Assembly: GCF_964355755.1 (NCBI RefSeq)
Contig: NC_092679.1
Coordinates: forward strand, 2,572,201-2,636,200
DNA: 64,000 bases
Direction of reading: 5' to 3'
DNA from: Antedon mediterranea
Lineage: Eukaryota; Animalia; Echinodermata
The notes beneath the pieces are model-generated. The model saw only the letters and a list, made by a program, of their open reading frames with translations. It made no database searches and had not been told where the DNA came from. A program made the translations under genes and the position numbers. Shown piece after piece: positions 1-15,119 of the stretch. Within the stretch, counting starts at the first letter, position 1, and the number at the start of each line of letters is the position of its first letter.

Positions 1-2444
1 TATGAGCATTACTACAGTATATGTTAGTACACAGTACACAGTTAGTATGGACAGTATACATTTTCAGTACTTGAAAAAGTTATACTACAGTGTATGTTAG
101 AAATTAATTAATTAATTAATGGACCAAATTCAGTACTATCAATAATACTTCAGGAGGTCGTGGATACAGGGTACACCCAATTTATTTTCCATGCACCTAT
201 GTTAACATAGTATACATTACAGTGATCACTTTTTTGGCTTCTAGGCCTGATATTTTCAAAGTATAATGTGCAATTTATGAAGACTTTATTTTTCAAATTT
301 TTCTAAGGTCAGCCCAAGGAAGGGGTTGGCAGTATTTACAATTCCTCAATCACCTCCCCTCCCCAGACAGCAACCAGCCTACACCTCTGATACTGCTAGG
401 AAAATAAAATACATTAGCTGTCTGTCTTTTAAACCCATTACCAGTGAACTCTGAATATATCTCTATTTATTATCAATACTATCTATAGCAATAGCAATAT
501 AATGATATTTGTTATAAAACAGATGTTTCTATTATTTTAACATTTTAACTATCAGCAATTTTAACATCATTATCAATACCTCGAGCAACATTATAGAAAA
601 ATTCATATTTGGTATCGTTTTATTATAAATTTAAGTTTGCTATATAGTACTATGTTAATGTGCTCACAAAGCATCTCACCGGCTAAAAGAATTTTAGTGT
701 CACATCATTTTAAAATCCTAAGCTGATATATTTCATGAGAGCAATAAACCTTGAAGATTAGTAGCTTTAGAAAATGTTTCCAAAGAGAAAAAGTTGAGAG
801 AAAACATCAAAACATGAAGAATCCATTTCTATTCTATAATAAAGATACTACTGAACAGTAAAATACATTTATATTGCTATATACTTTTTTACATTCACAC
901 AATTTGGATATCATCCCAAATTGCTATCATGATGTTCAGCTTTTATTAAACATAAACTTTTACAACTATATAAAAAATATCAGCCAATAAACTTACTGGT
1001 ACTACAACCACGGAAGAGAAAAACTACATAACATATTCTAATTTTAGTCTGTTAAATCCAAGAAGTGGCTAAAGTTATATGTATTTTAAAATAAAATTAA
1101 GGATTATTTTAGCAAGCAAATATCTTTGAAGGATTATCTATAGCAATAAAAAATATCAATATTTTGTTTTCTTTAAAAGGGCAGTTTTAAACAGTACAGT
1201 AAACCAATTGTAAAACCTATCAATTTTAAAACCTCTAGCATTCTAATAATAGTACAGTACAGTAGCTTGGCACAATATCTGCAAGCCATTAAAAGACTCC
1301 ACCACAAAAGTGTTGGCACTCAGCCTTTCCTTTACAGGTACACCCATGTCAAACACATATGGTAGGCCTACCTACAGGACAGTACCTTTTAGAACCTATT
1401 TAAACTTTGGAAAAACAATTAGAGCTTTTAGAATCCCTTTTTGTATCTTTCTGGCCTTCTATATTTCTATTTTTGCATGTACAGTAGTGTCCAGTAAGTT
1501 TATTAGTTTATTATCAATGTCATAAACATTCATTGCAAAAGTCTATTCCTCCTACAGTATGTATAAAATATCAAGTAGCACTATTCCTCCTCCTATACTA
1601 TCTATTAACATTCAGTAAGTGGTATTCTTATTATTGCAGAGTAGACACAATTAAGCCGCATTAAGGTGCCCAATTCCTCCTCAAGGAAGTTCTTGGCAGT
1701 CAAATTTACCCATTGAAGTGCTATTGGATTATATAGGCTACCACATATAGTGCTTACAAACAATTAAACAAAAACAGCCCATACTAAAAACAAAGATTTT
1801 GAGGCTTCAGATATTTTGGACCAGCGTAAAGCTATCCGATGGGAAAATATACTGCTGTAACAATTTCTAGGTATATTGGACATTTAATTGATAAATAAAC
1901 TGGTTTGATTCGATCGACAGCTTCCATTTTCCGGTTAAAGCTAACAGTCTGCTTACTCAGGGGGTATTAAAACCTATCGCATTACCAATTCTAGGCTTGA
2001 CTTCTAGGATTTGTTTACATTAAACAGAGAACACAGTGTGGACCTACAGTATATAATCAGGCTCTGGATTTTATACATAAAACGATATTCTAATATAATT
2101 TAATACATTTTAATATTATTCATTTGCTTTAAAATTTAAATTGTTTGAGTTAATAATGATAATATAATACAGTAATAGTACTTACTCAATATTGAATGAT
2201 AACATAATGATACAATGATATATGATTGCATAAGACTAGAGACAACTTTAAAATTGATATTATTAGAAAGATTAATGATAATCACAAATTGTATACTAAA
2301 TACCAAATATATTCTTTAATTGTTTTTGCATTTGCCCTAGGCCAATGAACATACAGACAATATCATACATGCACAATTTTTATATTTTTACTTCCTCGCC
2401 TTGTCTCATAGTTATACTGCCTAATATTATCAACAAAAACATAA

Positions 2445-2582
2445 AGCTATGTCTACACTATCAAAATGTCATGTGCCCATATATGGACATGTCATATCAC
2501 TATCATATTTGGGCATATCACTACCATACTTGGCCACATCACACTTTTTGACCAACTAGTTTAAAAGTATAAGACAGAGCTT
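2445..2582. mobile_element. MITE family B copy (TIR AGCTCTGTCTACAC), degenerate, in Meis intron 2
   Basis: aagctatgtctacactatcaaa...gtataagacagagctt; internal gtgccc/catatttgggcac segments shared with the copies at 30562 and 51122. Confidence 0.75.
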
Positions 2583-5500
2583 AATTAACGCACATAATCT
2601 GCTAACAGACAGGTTTTAAAAAATAAACTCCAAATTCTAAAAATAAAAAAAAAATCTGTATTGTAATGATTTTATCAGGTTGATTTACAGTAATTTTAAT
2701 AATGATAATATGGACTAGTAATCACTTAATATGCCAATATTATTAACTACATAACCCACTGGAATAGTCCTCTATTAACACATTATTAATTATATATTAA
2801 TAATAATTTATTTTACATCTCCCTGATTAACAAGACGCAATATTATCATTTTTATCAAAATTTCAAACACGCTTATAATACCATCTGTCATACGATACGA
2901 CATAGACATCTTGAATTATTTTTAATTTTATTTAGACAGGAATAATTAAGATTGATTGGCAAGGCCCCAAGGCAGATAAACTGTTAGTATTAGATTTAAT
3001 TGTTTAATAATTTTGCCTTTCAAAAGATGATGGATATTATATTATCATCGTAGATAGTGATGCGCATTTGAAACTCAGTTTTCATACAATACATTATTAT
3101 TATTACGATTTACTAAAGTATAGTGTAGTACCTTACTGTATACACTGGGTCACACCTCAAAACAATAACAATTTGGTGGGGAAAATTAAATTAAATACAA
3201 GGGGGGGGGGGGAGGTTGCTCATCCTTAGAATATAATTAAACATCTTCCTAAAGAAGTAATAGATCTTCCCTGAATAGGTAAATTAGAAGATAACCTTTC
3301 CGTTCTATTTTAACATTAAATAACATAGTAGGCAGATATAAAGTGGCTAGATTCCCCCTCCCACACCTCCAATTTAAAAAAAAGTACTGCAAAAGATACA
3401 GGTAGGCTATTGAGGTTGGTTTAAATCACATTATTTTAGAGTATGTAGGCCTCTCCCCCCCCCCCTACCCCCTTTTAGTAATAAACATAACAGCCATGGA
3501 GGATACATAACATTTACACAGAAAGTGGTATGTACCTACCTAAAATACTGTAGTAGTAACTAGTATAAATAAGCACAATTTAAAAACCTACACACATCAT
3601 ATCCTATCTAGATTATAAATAATTATATCCATAATTCTAATTTATTTTACCACCTAGCATTTATAAAATATTATTATAACTGATCAGAGTTGATTAATAT
3701 GAAATTTAAAATGTATGTATCAATGTCATCGTTATAACGTCATCACAGCGACAAGAATGTCACAGGAGGTGGCGGGTCAGTCTCACATCATTTATAAACA
3801 CACGGCTGATTATTTATTAATGATTGTTATTATTAAAATGCTGTAGACTATACTTTATATTACATAATCATAATAATGAATATTGCAAAGTAGAATTCAT
3901 ATTAAAAAAAGAGACATTAACATTACATATGGTTGGTGACAATGAATAAATTAAAATTTCATATAAAAAGATTCGTTATTAATGATGGCATTAAAAAGTT
4001 TTAATATATTATATTGTACTAACTGTATATTAAAATGTATTTATTTATCATTTAATTAAAATTTGAAAATGAAATCACAAAATTATAATCTAATATAAAC
4101 ACAATAAAGTTCAAACTGTATGATGATATATTTTACGCCAAAAAAAATTAAGGAAACACATAATAAATGCTCTTTAAATCACTTAAATTATTAAAATATG
4201 TGTTTATTTATGGTTATACTGTAAGCCTAAGTTTGTACAGTATTTTCTAGTCCATTGACATTTTGAAATCTCCAAGTTATGCAAGGTAGTTATAAAAGCC
4301 TGTCTTTGCACAGCTAGGCCTATAGGTTTCACTATGTCAACACATGGCCTGGCAACAAACACAGCAGTGTGTATACAACACAATACTTAACACGCCTTAT
4401 AATAGATCTAAACATATATTGGAATCAGTTATATTTATTTAATCTTTCTTTACAATCTTTTCTTTATTCATGTCAGACAAAATAATATATTTGATAAAAT
4501 TGTAAATTTCTTTTGATGAAATAAAAGTATTAAGATTGCCATTTCTCTGTAATAGCATGATAATTTAGCTGTTGAGTATTTGTATGCTATTTCATATCTT
4601 ATTAAAAGATCTGGATATTTATGTTAACTTAGTATTAGGATTGACTGTTAATCATAGCTATTTTCCTTCATTTTCCTTTTGATTTGTCAATGCCTTTTAC
4701 ATGATCAATTTATACCAATGTTTTCAATGGAAAGGACCCCATAAAAAAGAAGGTTCAGTGATAATGATTCTTACAATACTTAAAGCAATAGATGTATATT
4801 GATTTTAAAATAGAGTTTATTTTTATTTAGGTGTTAGTTTAATACTATTGTTTATTATTGCTAGTCTATTGTATTGTATTGTATTTCTCACCTATTTTGT
4901 TTGAGATAAATCTTTAATTGTGCTTCTACCTTTAGTAATTATACCATTTAAAACAAAGTAATTAGATAATGTCACATTTTGCCTTTCATATATCAATATC
5001 TTAATAGTTAATTGTGAGAAAATAGTTTCATGGTGTATTAATATTTGTCTACAGTCTTGTACTATTTTAGCAGTAAATATCCAGTGGTAGTATGATATTC
5101 CATGGAACGTCCATGGATATTTTAAGAAAGTATCAGTTTTTAATATTACAGAATATAAATCTTATCTTCAAAATATCTTAAAATAAATTCAATGCATCTA
5201 TTTCTGAAGATGACAAAATGTTTTAAAATATTGGATCCTTACTTTATTATCTTATTACTTGGAATATGTTTTTTTATATATGTGTCACAATTATCAATAT
5301 AGAAAATCTTCATTTATCAAGATATGAATATTCTTCTTATCATATATATTATTAAATTTGATATTAAACATATTTTTAACTGTTTACATTGAGAGATTGT
5401 CTTAAGCACAGCATGAACACTGTATATATACTGTATATGTACTGCAACATGAGCATCGGTTTGAAAGCGTCGCTAGCTATACCATAACTAAATTAAGATG

Positions 5501-5970
5501 GCTATCTCTAATACTAATATACAGATATAGTCAAGATTAAAACTATATGACATAATATATTAAATGGAAGTGAAATTAATTTTATAAGGTAATGACTACT
5601 TTCAAATATAATTTATAATATACAAATACTAATAAGTAATAGAGATATTATATGAAAATATATTTAAATATTATTTTAATTTTTTGACATTAAATAAATT
5701 CTTTTGCTATTCTAAGTTCCACAAAATTAAGGTGTTTATTTTACAAGTTGGTTTATAAAATGCTTTATTGATCACTGTTTAAATTGTCTTTAATAATATA
5801 AACAATAATTCAAATACACATTTATATTATACATTTTATGTTCAATATATTTGTTTTTTTATTCCTGTTTTTGCTCATTAATAATACCTATTTATAAACA
5901 AACTTGATGTATATTAAATAAATTAATATTCTGGTAGAAACTCTAGAAAATAACTTAAGTATTTACTCAC

Positions 5971-6515
5971 CCATAAATTGCATCTTTATCTCGTTTCTGA
6001 ATATCACTAACTCCACTTGAAACAGGGTTGATCATACTACTTGGGTGTGTTGGTGGGTAAAATTGTGAGGGTACAACTGGGGTATGATGACTGTTGAATT
6101 GATGGTGTACGGGCTGGCCGTAGCCCGCTGTGTAGTGTGGTCTCGGTGTATCGTACATAGCACTGGATGTTGTATCCATACTGCCATAGTGTGGGGGAAT
6201 CGGGTCTTCGTACTAAGAAAAAACAAAATACCTTACCGTATTATTTGAAGAAAATACTGCTTGCAGATAATACAATTAATTTTCCGTAATAAATAATCAT
6301 TAAAGCGTAGAGTCGCAGAAGAGAAATGCCTACAAAAGATCGCTTCTTACCACCATACTTAAATGCGTTAGCCCGGCTGCCAAGTAGATTTCCAAAGATA
6401 TGACGAGCTGAGAACCGCTAGGCCAGTCGTGCGCCAAGAGTACACAAGTATTAAATCGAGGATCAGAAAGTCAACGGCAACCGCATGTAGCAACTCAACT
6501 TACCCTTTGAGCCAT
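5971..6515 (-). CDS. MEIS: Meis/homothorax TALE homeobox gene, coding exons 1-2 (gene continues leftwards; no further exon recognised in 1-5970)
   Basis: Exon 1 (6504-6515) is ATG GCT CAA AGG|GTAAGT = MAQR. Exon 2 (5971-6212) is ttttttcttAG|YEDPIPPHYGSMDTT...DIQKRDKDAIYG|GTGAGT. The MAQRY start, KRDKDAIYG and both intron positions match the Meis N-terminus, just before the HPLFPLL MEINOX exon. Confidence 0.93.
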
Positions 6516-8000
6516 CAGGCTTGGCATTCACTTATAAAAATCGTTGTTGGTTTCAATCATGTAAAAGCGTACGTCTTTTGTTAACCAACTATTACACAGG
6601 CTCGAGACGGTTCACAGCCGTTCGTATGTCATGCGTTTTCTGACAATTCGTCAACAGACCCGCGTATAACGAACTGTCGGCGCTTGCGGCAGCCTGCCAC
6701 TTCAAACGTCAATCAACCACGGTTACCATGGAGAATCTGATAGATGAGTTGTCACTGCTAAAATGTCAACTTTCGACTGGCTTATAATTTTCAATATCGT
6801 AACAAGCTTTTCGGTGATTTTCGTAATAATTAGTCTACATTGGCGTTTATCATTGGTCGTCTGGTTGTGGCTCTTTGATTCGATCTGATTGGTGTAGCTC
6901 TACTCAAATAAACGTTTCGTTGGTTTCTTTGTTATTATTTCATCTTTAGTTTCACAATAATACGGAGATATTAATCAAATTATTTAACTCTTTTGATCAA
7001 ATATAAGATAGCTATTCTAGCTTACTTTGCAATATTCTATATAGAAATATTGATAACATTTGCGCGCCCTTACTTTTTTCGTTAAATACAAGCAAACTAA
7101 AAAACCATGTGATATAAAAACCAGAAAAAAAATGTATATTTTTAATTTCTATAGCCTACACCTACGTTAAAACAAATTTTTTTTCAGAGACCAAGAAAAA
7201 AAGGAAGATGTGACAGTCTGTGAATGATAAAATTGTATATAGCTGAACTGCAATTATATCGGAAATATTTTAAGTCACCTTCATAGTAAAAAATAAAAAT
7301 CCGTAAATATTTAATGGTGGCGATAGACAGCTACATAATCACAGTTGCAGCTCTCTACATTATTTTCGTATGTTTAATTCGTTTTTTGCTGGTAATTGGC
7401 TAAAAACAGCATTATCGATGTCTTATTTCGGACTCCTCTCCCGCGAGTCGTGTGGTTGTACCCTTGTGACTCACTCCCCTGCCTGCTCAACTCACTTTCC
7501 CGCCTCTCACCACCGTCGTCGATTGATGCCATCGGCGCCGTAATCGCTGTTTTCTTTCTTAATTTATCGATTAATTAACTAATTCTTTGGATTGTATTAA
7601 TAATTAAAGCTCTGCCAGGTTTTCAATCAATAATCAAAACAGTATTAACATGTTGGCTAACGTTTTATATACAAAATGAAACGCTTACGACAATATATCG
7701 ACACCCACCTCTCCTTCCCTTCGCATTATTCTTCCAGTGCGGCTCTTTTAACAGTGGGGTGAGATTAATCTCTTTAAAAAAAAAATAGGGGGTTAGGCCT
7801 ACACAAATGAGAAGCACAGCCACTTCATAGCGAATGAGTGAAGAAAAGCTCTGAGGAGAGGATGAGGTGGAATTCATTGCATCCCCCCCACACTAACTGT
7901 AGGGTCAATCAAACATGAATAGGGCCCGGGTGCGTTCATAACTCAATAATCCACAGGATGGCTGCGTGCGTGCCGCCCGTCGCCATTTCGTACATTTGAT
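6516..8000 (-). promoter_or_regulatory. Meis 5' UTR/promoter and proximal cis-regulatory region
   Basis: Richer in CpG and GC than its flanks. CCAAT boxes near 6852 and 6888. TGATTGAC (PBX/TALE-type) motifs on - at 6708-6715 and 7904-7911. Lies directly upstream of the Meis ATG. Confidence 0.5.
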
Positions 8001-8339
8001 ATTTATCGTAGCGTCTAGTTTTTAATCAAATTCTCGTTTACTCTGTAAACATCAAGGCGGAGTTGTTTACTTTACTATCAGTATAGATCATAACATCACA
8101 GAAGATTGCTGTTTGATTTGCTGTTCTGATGAGACACGCAATCTGATAAGGATATCAGATTCGAACGTCGTAAAATCTTTTGTTAATGTTTACATCTTAT
8201 TTTAACTAAATATAAAGGAAATTGTTATGATCTTTGTGAGTGTTGAATTCTAGATCTTAATAATTTAAATAAATACCGTATTATATGGATATATATGGAT
8301 GTTAGTTAGTGTTCATATTATATAGGAAAATATATACCA

Positions 8340-8910
8340 GTTTATAAATGCGTTTAGTACTATGTTACGGAACGCAAAATTGACCGTCAGACACAAAATT
8401 GACACGGACACGCACGTTCAAAAACGTTTGTGATAACATTGATGAATGGGTATAAAATAGGACAACTTAGGCTACTTATACTATTCTCCATACATGTATA
8501 TTGTTTTTAAGTTCGGGTTATACCTTTTATTTGTCAAATTACCACACAAGCAGAACAAAATGAAAGTTCATCCGATCTAATACTTTAAAGCATAGATTTT
8601 AGAAAGTGAAAGTGCAGAGTAAAAAGAAATAGAAATTCTATCTTGGGTTTCGAGCCACCGAGCATTGAACCCAGGCACAGAAAACAGCGCGTACACATAC
8701 AAGTAAGCCGCGCGTACAATACATGATATTGTTCGTACACTACAGGAAGACGTGCGTACACAACCTGAGAAGCCGCGCGTACACTATAGTAAACCACGCG
8801 TACACAGTGTAACCACGCGTGTATCTTGTCAGCGAAGACCCGCACTGACGCGTGCGTTCAACTGACGATAATAACAGTACGCGCGCGTCAACATTATGTA
8901 TCTGCGCGGT
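8340..8910. repeat. CpG-rich degenerate tandem (CGCGTACAC-type) repeat, probably TE-derived
   Basis: Repeated cgcgtacac/cgcgtgt units at about 8688-8890 in an otherwise AT-rich background. Confidence 0.45.
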
Positions 8911-11900
8911 AGCACTAGCAATTTTTTACATTTCATTGAACCCAGTCCAATAAAAACAGTAAGTTACGCGTAAACCTTTGCATTTCATTTCCCGACTGCA
9001 AAGTTGCGGAAATTTATACCCACTGGTCACCCCTTCCGACAATTCAACAAAGCTACAAGGAGCATACACATGGGAATTGAAATAGATCGTTGGACAAACC
9101 CTGGGGGACTTGTCAAGCTCATTCGACTGACCCCGGGGGGATTCGTCAAAGTATCTAGACCCACCCTTGGGATTTTTATTCGTCATTAGCATCTGTGTAC
9201 TATTATAAAGTTGTTGATACTAGGCGACAAATAAAGACGTTTTAGGTGGGTACGGTAAAATATTAGACGCTGATTCATGGAATCTTAATTGTAATAGCAA
9301 TGTTATGTAAACAAATTGTTGATACTATAAATGTGTAATCACATTATGTTTGGAAACTAGAATATTTGAAGTATACAGCGAAATTATAAACATTAAATAA
9401 AGAATAATATGTCGTGTACACATGCTAAAAATATTGTCTGGACTTTAGCAGTTAAGTGATGAGTTGTGTTCCAATAAAAAACAAACAAATAAATACAAAA
9501 TAAGTAGTAGAACAAACCGTACAAACAATATAAACAAATACAACGAAACATTATTTTAGTCCTTGTAAGTTTTCACTCAAAATTATAGAGGGCGGTAGAG
9601 CATCTCAAACAAAGATTATTGAAATTATAGAAAAAATATAGATGGCGCTCTTCTTAAATTTGATTATATCTAATTATGTTTTTTTGTGTAATTTTTGGAG
9701 TGCTAAATATAGATATATTATAATAAGTAAATTGATTTTAATAAAAATAGACAATTTACTAAATGAACATTTTAATAATCACTTGTTACCAAACCAAACA
9801 AAAAAATTAAATTGGGAGTTTATGAACCCCAGAAGGGTTATAAAACTAACCTCCATTGTGGAGCTATAAAATATTATTTATGAACCCGCACTTCAAAGTT
9901 GTCATTCCAATTTTTACATAATTGACCTTTAACATTGCTTATAATAAACACAACTAAAAAATGTCTTGATTTTTATACAAACAGTGATCTAGTTAGTACA
10001 GTAGCATGATGCTCATAATAAAATAACAGACAAAAAAACAAAATAATACTAAAAAGAACTTTTTACCTGGAAATGGTGTTGATACCAAAAACTGCTGTGT
10101 AAAAAGTTACCATACTCATAGAACACAAAAAAAAAATCAAATCAAAAACACAAACTGAATAAGGAATAACATACAAAAATATAGTTTTAAATTAATAAAA
10201 ACAAATAATAACAAAGTGAAAGAAACAAAAACTAACTTTTTATTTAACAGATATGAGAAAAAGAAAATAAATAACAAAAGTCATGAAACTGATAAAAAGA
10301 AAGTGGGATGTTCCATATCATTTTACAAGATATATAAATACAGCAGAATCCTGTAGCTTTGGTACCAATAAAGTGTCCTTAACATAAGGATGTACCCTAA
10401 ATAGAGGTTGGTATCGTTTTAAAACACATATTTCCACTTAACAGAAAAGTGTCCCCTTAATAATAATTAAAATTCAAAATTATCCTGTTTTAGTTTTTTT
10501 ATTTCAAAATATTAATAATATATATGACACTACAAAACTTATTCAAAATAGCATTATTATTGTACAATAAATTGAATCACTATCTAATTAGTTAAAAATT
10601 ATTTTAATAGATACACTATAAAATGTTTTTGTTAAATGAATATTTCAGATTTCTTAAAATATTATGTTATATTAATTTTGTAGAAAACCTTTACAAATGA
10701 GTGGAATAAAATGGCAAGAAAACACTTTGGATATTAATGGACGGAAAGGGTTAGGATTTGATTACGATGGATTAGTAGTGAATGGGATTAACTTAAGTGC
10801 AATGTGTAGTTGAGTCAAATGTGCTTAAGTTGTTTTGTAAAACAATAATTATATATTGTATTGAATTTTACCAACATATGTGAACGTAAAAACATGTTTA
10901 TAAAAACTGGAAGGCAAGAATTATTAAATGAAAATGTTACTTATATATCATAAAAACTTTACACTACCGTAAATTTTAAGTTGCATAAAGTATCTTTAGA
11001 GGGCGCTTTCACAGAATTCTCCTTGACTTAAAAAAGATACAAAAATATATGGACAGTATGTAAATATGTATGCGAGACATAATAATGAATTGTATTATTA
11101 TATATCGATTAATATTTTGCAAAAACTCTTTCTTAAGAAAACAATATTAATTTAGTGAGCAGAATTTCACCACATATTCATGGCATACTTAGTTATTAAC
11201 TTAGTCTTATTTCCCTATCACTGCCTCCGTTGCTACCTAAACATTATGTACCTGTACAGTATTTCACAAGCTGTGCCAGCAGCTGTAATACACTATTAAT
11301 ATTATTATGTTATTTTTTGACATCACATTAATTCCTATTCATGATACACTGTATATAATCTATAAAATCTAATGAATATAATTATAAATGGAAGACAAAC
11401 AATTTCAAACTTTTTGTTTTAAATAAATAGCTCCAATAAATAGAGAGCATGTTATAGTAGGATGAAAATCCCCGTCTTGACTGTCATCAATGTAATTAAG
11501 CGATGTTAATATTGTAGGTAATATTATTACAATTTATATAATATAAAAAACAATTAAAACAAATAACTACTGCATTAGTACCTATACTAAAAGTTATACT
11601 GGATAAAAATCTATATATATTTTTTGGCAACAATTTTTAGCATTTAAAAAAGCAACAAGAACCGTTTAAAATTTCAATTGATTGTTCAGGCTGGCATACT
11701 GTACTTGACAGGCATAATAAAATGAATGTCTTTCACATTTTAAAAGAGTTTAGATTTCTATTAAACAATAATACCTTTGACAATCACAAGATTTGCATAT
11801 TCTAGATTTTAGGATTTGGTCAACGAACAGCTCCTTAACTATAAATACATTTGGTAAGTTTACAAAGATTCAAAGCATATCAAAAAGATGTACTGCAAAG

Positions 11901-12096
11901 TACAATATACAAAAACCCTGAAATTATGTTAGGTAAACAAATTAGCAATACTGCACAGTTATAACCCTACACCAATCGAAACAAAGGAAGTTGTCTAAAC
12001 ACCCAGTTACCAGTGTTTGTACCTTTTTATCTTTTTCATAAACATTATTCCAAATTTGGGGGTGGATTTAAAACCTGCTTCAGTACAGTAAATCAA

Positions 12097-13111
<1,015 letters not shown>

Positions 13112-14263
13112 TTTTTCTGTGGATAGATGATGGTGAACGGTTTGTTTGTTGGTGGTGTATTCGCGTAAACTGGAAGGACGACCTCTGTCGTCAGAGCGTG
13201 CACGTACAATCAAAGAATATTCTTTGGTACAATTAACAAGAAGTTACCGTACAATTAATGAATGAAAAGATAAAATCAATTCACCATTGGATCAAACAAA
13301 TATTAGGCTAGAATAAGTAAGCTAACACTCTGAGAAAGAACAAAACACAACCAATAATATTCATTGTACAATATTTTATTTATTCACAGCATTCACATAA
13401 TTTATATATATAATGCCAATCATAGTCAAATCCGAAAAAAATATAGGCCTCGCCTACCGAGCGAAAGAAACGTGTTATGGGTTTAGGCTAGTTGAGAACT
13501 AAGCAAACATGATGTGTATTAAATTATTCAATTTTAAAATTATCGATTACCAGTTATTAATGGAATAAATCATTGTGAGACACAAAGTACAAACGCCATA
13601 TCAATATTTGAACGCGCGTAGGCCTACACTTCTGACGAATTTCCCACTAACTTTTGAAACAGAAATGTATGTAGGCCTATGATCGTGGAACAATATGCAA
13701 TTATTAGTATATATACATGTAGCACATAAGCGTATTAAAAAAGAATTTAAAGCGTGTAGACAATAATATACATGTAGGATAGTCTATCCTCCGGGATAAA
13801 AAAATTAAAATTATACACGTTGTCACATTTTTATTATATTATAATGCAAGTAGTGCGCATTTGTTGGATTTACAAAGGTGGAAGAACATGGTTTGCAAGT
13901 CCAAAACAAATCCAAAATAAAAAAAAACATACACAGACTTAAATAATTATAAATCTACCGTATTCCATGTGTCGAGGGAATTATTGGTGTAGGCCTACTC
14001 AACTTTAACCATGGAAAGTGTTTTATATTCAATACAGGATCAGACTAACCGGTAAATATATACACCACCAGAATTGGAGATTGCACATTTTGTCCGTTCT
14101 GTGCTTGTTACTTATAAAGGTTTTTTCCCGCCATTTTATCTATCACGTTATAAAACTGACGTCACAAGACATTGAATGACAATTGCACCTTGGCTGCTGC
14201 TATACAGGGGTTGTCATGGAAAGAACTACATTGAAGAAACATCAAAAGAACATTTTGACATTA

Positions 14264-14420
14264 TTACAATAAAGAGCATGTGGAAGATTTCTTCTTTGCT
14301 GGCTTTGCGTCAGTCTTCTTGGTATCAGCCTCTGGTTTGTCCTCTGCGTTTGACTCTTCCTTAGCTGCTGCCGCTGCTGCTGATTTCTCGGCTTCTTTGG
14401 CGGCAGCTTCTTCGGTACCA
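14264..14420 (-). CDS. AK: Alternative terminal exon of arginine kinase adding an Ala/Glu/Lys linker, polybasic patch and CaaX box (CSLL); long isoform 420 aa
   Basis: The donor CCA GC|GTGAGT (15118-15123) overlaps the canonical TGA. Acceptor atctttacAG at 14421-14422. The phase-2 join reads A-GTEEAAAKEAEKSAAAAAAKEESNAEDKPEADTKKTDAKPAKKKSSTCSLL followed by TAA TAA. Confidence 0.8.
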
Positions 14421-15119
14421 CTGTAAAGATAAATACAAATATAATTATAGTGATTAGGCCTAAAGACAAATTTGATTAATGTAATTATTGATATGGAGAG
14501 CTGAATAAAGGATCTTCTTCTTCTTTCTTTCTTTATTTCTAATCACAAAATCATAAACATACATAAATAATCATAGTACGAAGCAACAGAATGGAATATA
14601 TTGTAACTTAAAGTATCTTGATAAAATATAACTACATTGCTGCGGTTATTATGATAATGACTACGATTATGATCATGAAAATGATGATAAATGAGGTGGG
14701 TGGATAAAATATGATATAATTACGATTTGATGAAACATGCTATTAATTTTTGATTTCATAATAATTCATCCTGAGTCGTTAATAAATATAATTCATGGGG
14801 CCGGAATAATTTTCATTTTAGTCTGGTGTTCAATCATCCGTTTTACGAAAGTGAGGCACAAGAAATGTCGATCAATAATGTATATCTAATCACGAGTTCT
14901 ATTTCTAAAATCAATATGTAGGTAAAGCATATTTACCATTAGGCGAATTTGTTTGCGCGAATTGAAAGCGTCAGCTTATACGCATGCGTAGCGCGCGATT
15001 TGGAAGATGGAAACATGACTACGCATGCGTAGAAAGTGATCTGGAAGATGGAAACATGAATACGCATGCGTATAAGATGATATGTGGAAAATTGGTGTTA
15101 TAGTGTTAATAAACACAAC

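Noticed and set aside
6393-6410. Plus-strand CAA AGA TAT GAC GAG CTG (QRYDEL), resembling the vertebrate Meis N-terminus, inside Meis intron 1
   Set aside because: It is on the opposite strand with no start codon or splice context; the real MAQR|YED exons are on the minus strand. Treated as coincidence.
14242-14469. ORF-track 75-aa 'TM plus basic tail' protein
   Set aside because: The hydrophobic part is the intron's polypyrimidine tract; the supported reading is the other frame, the AK CaaX exon.
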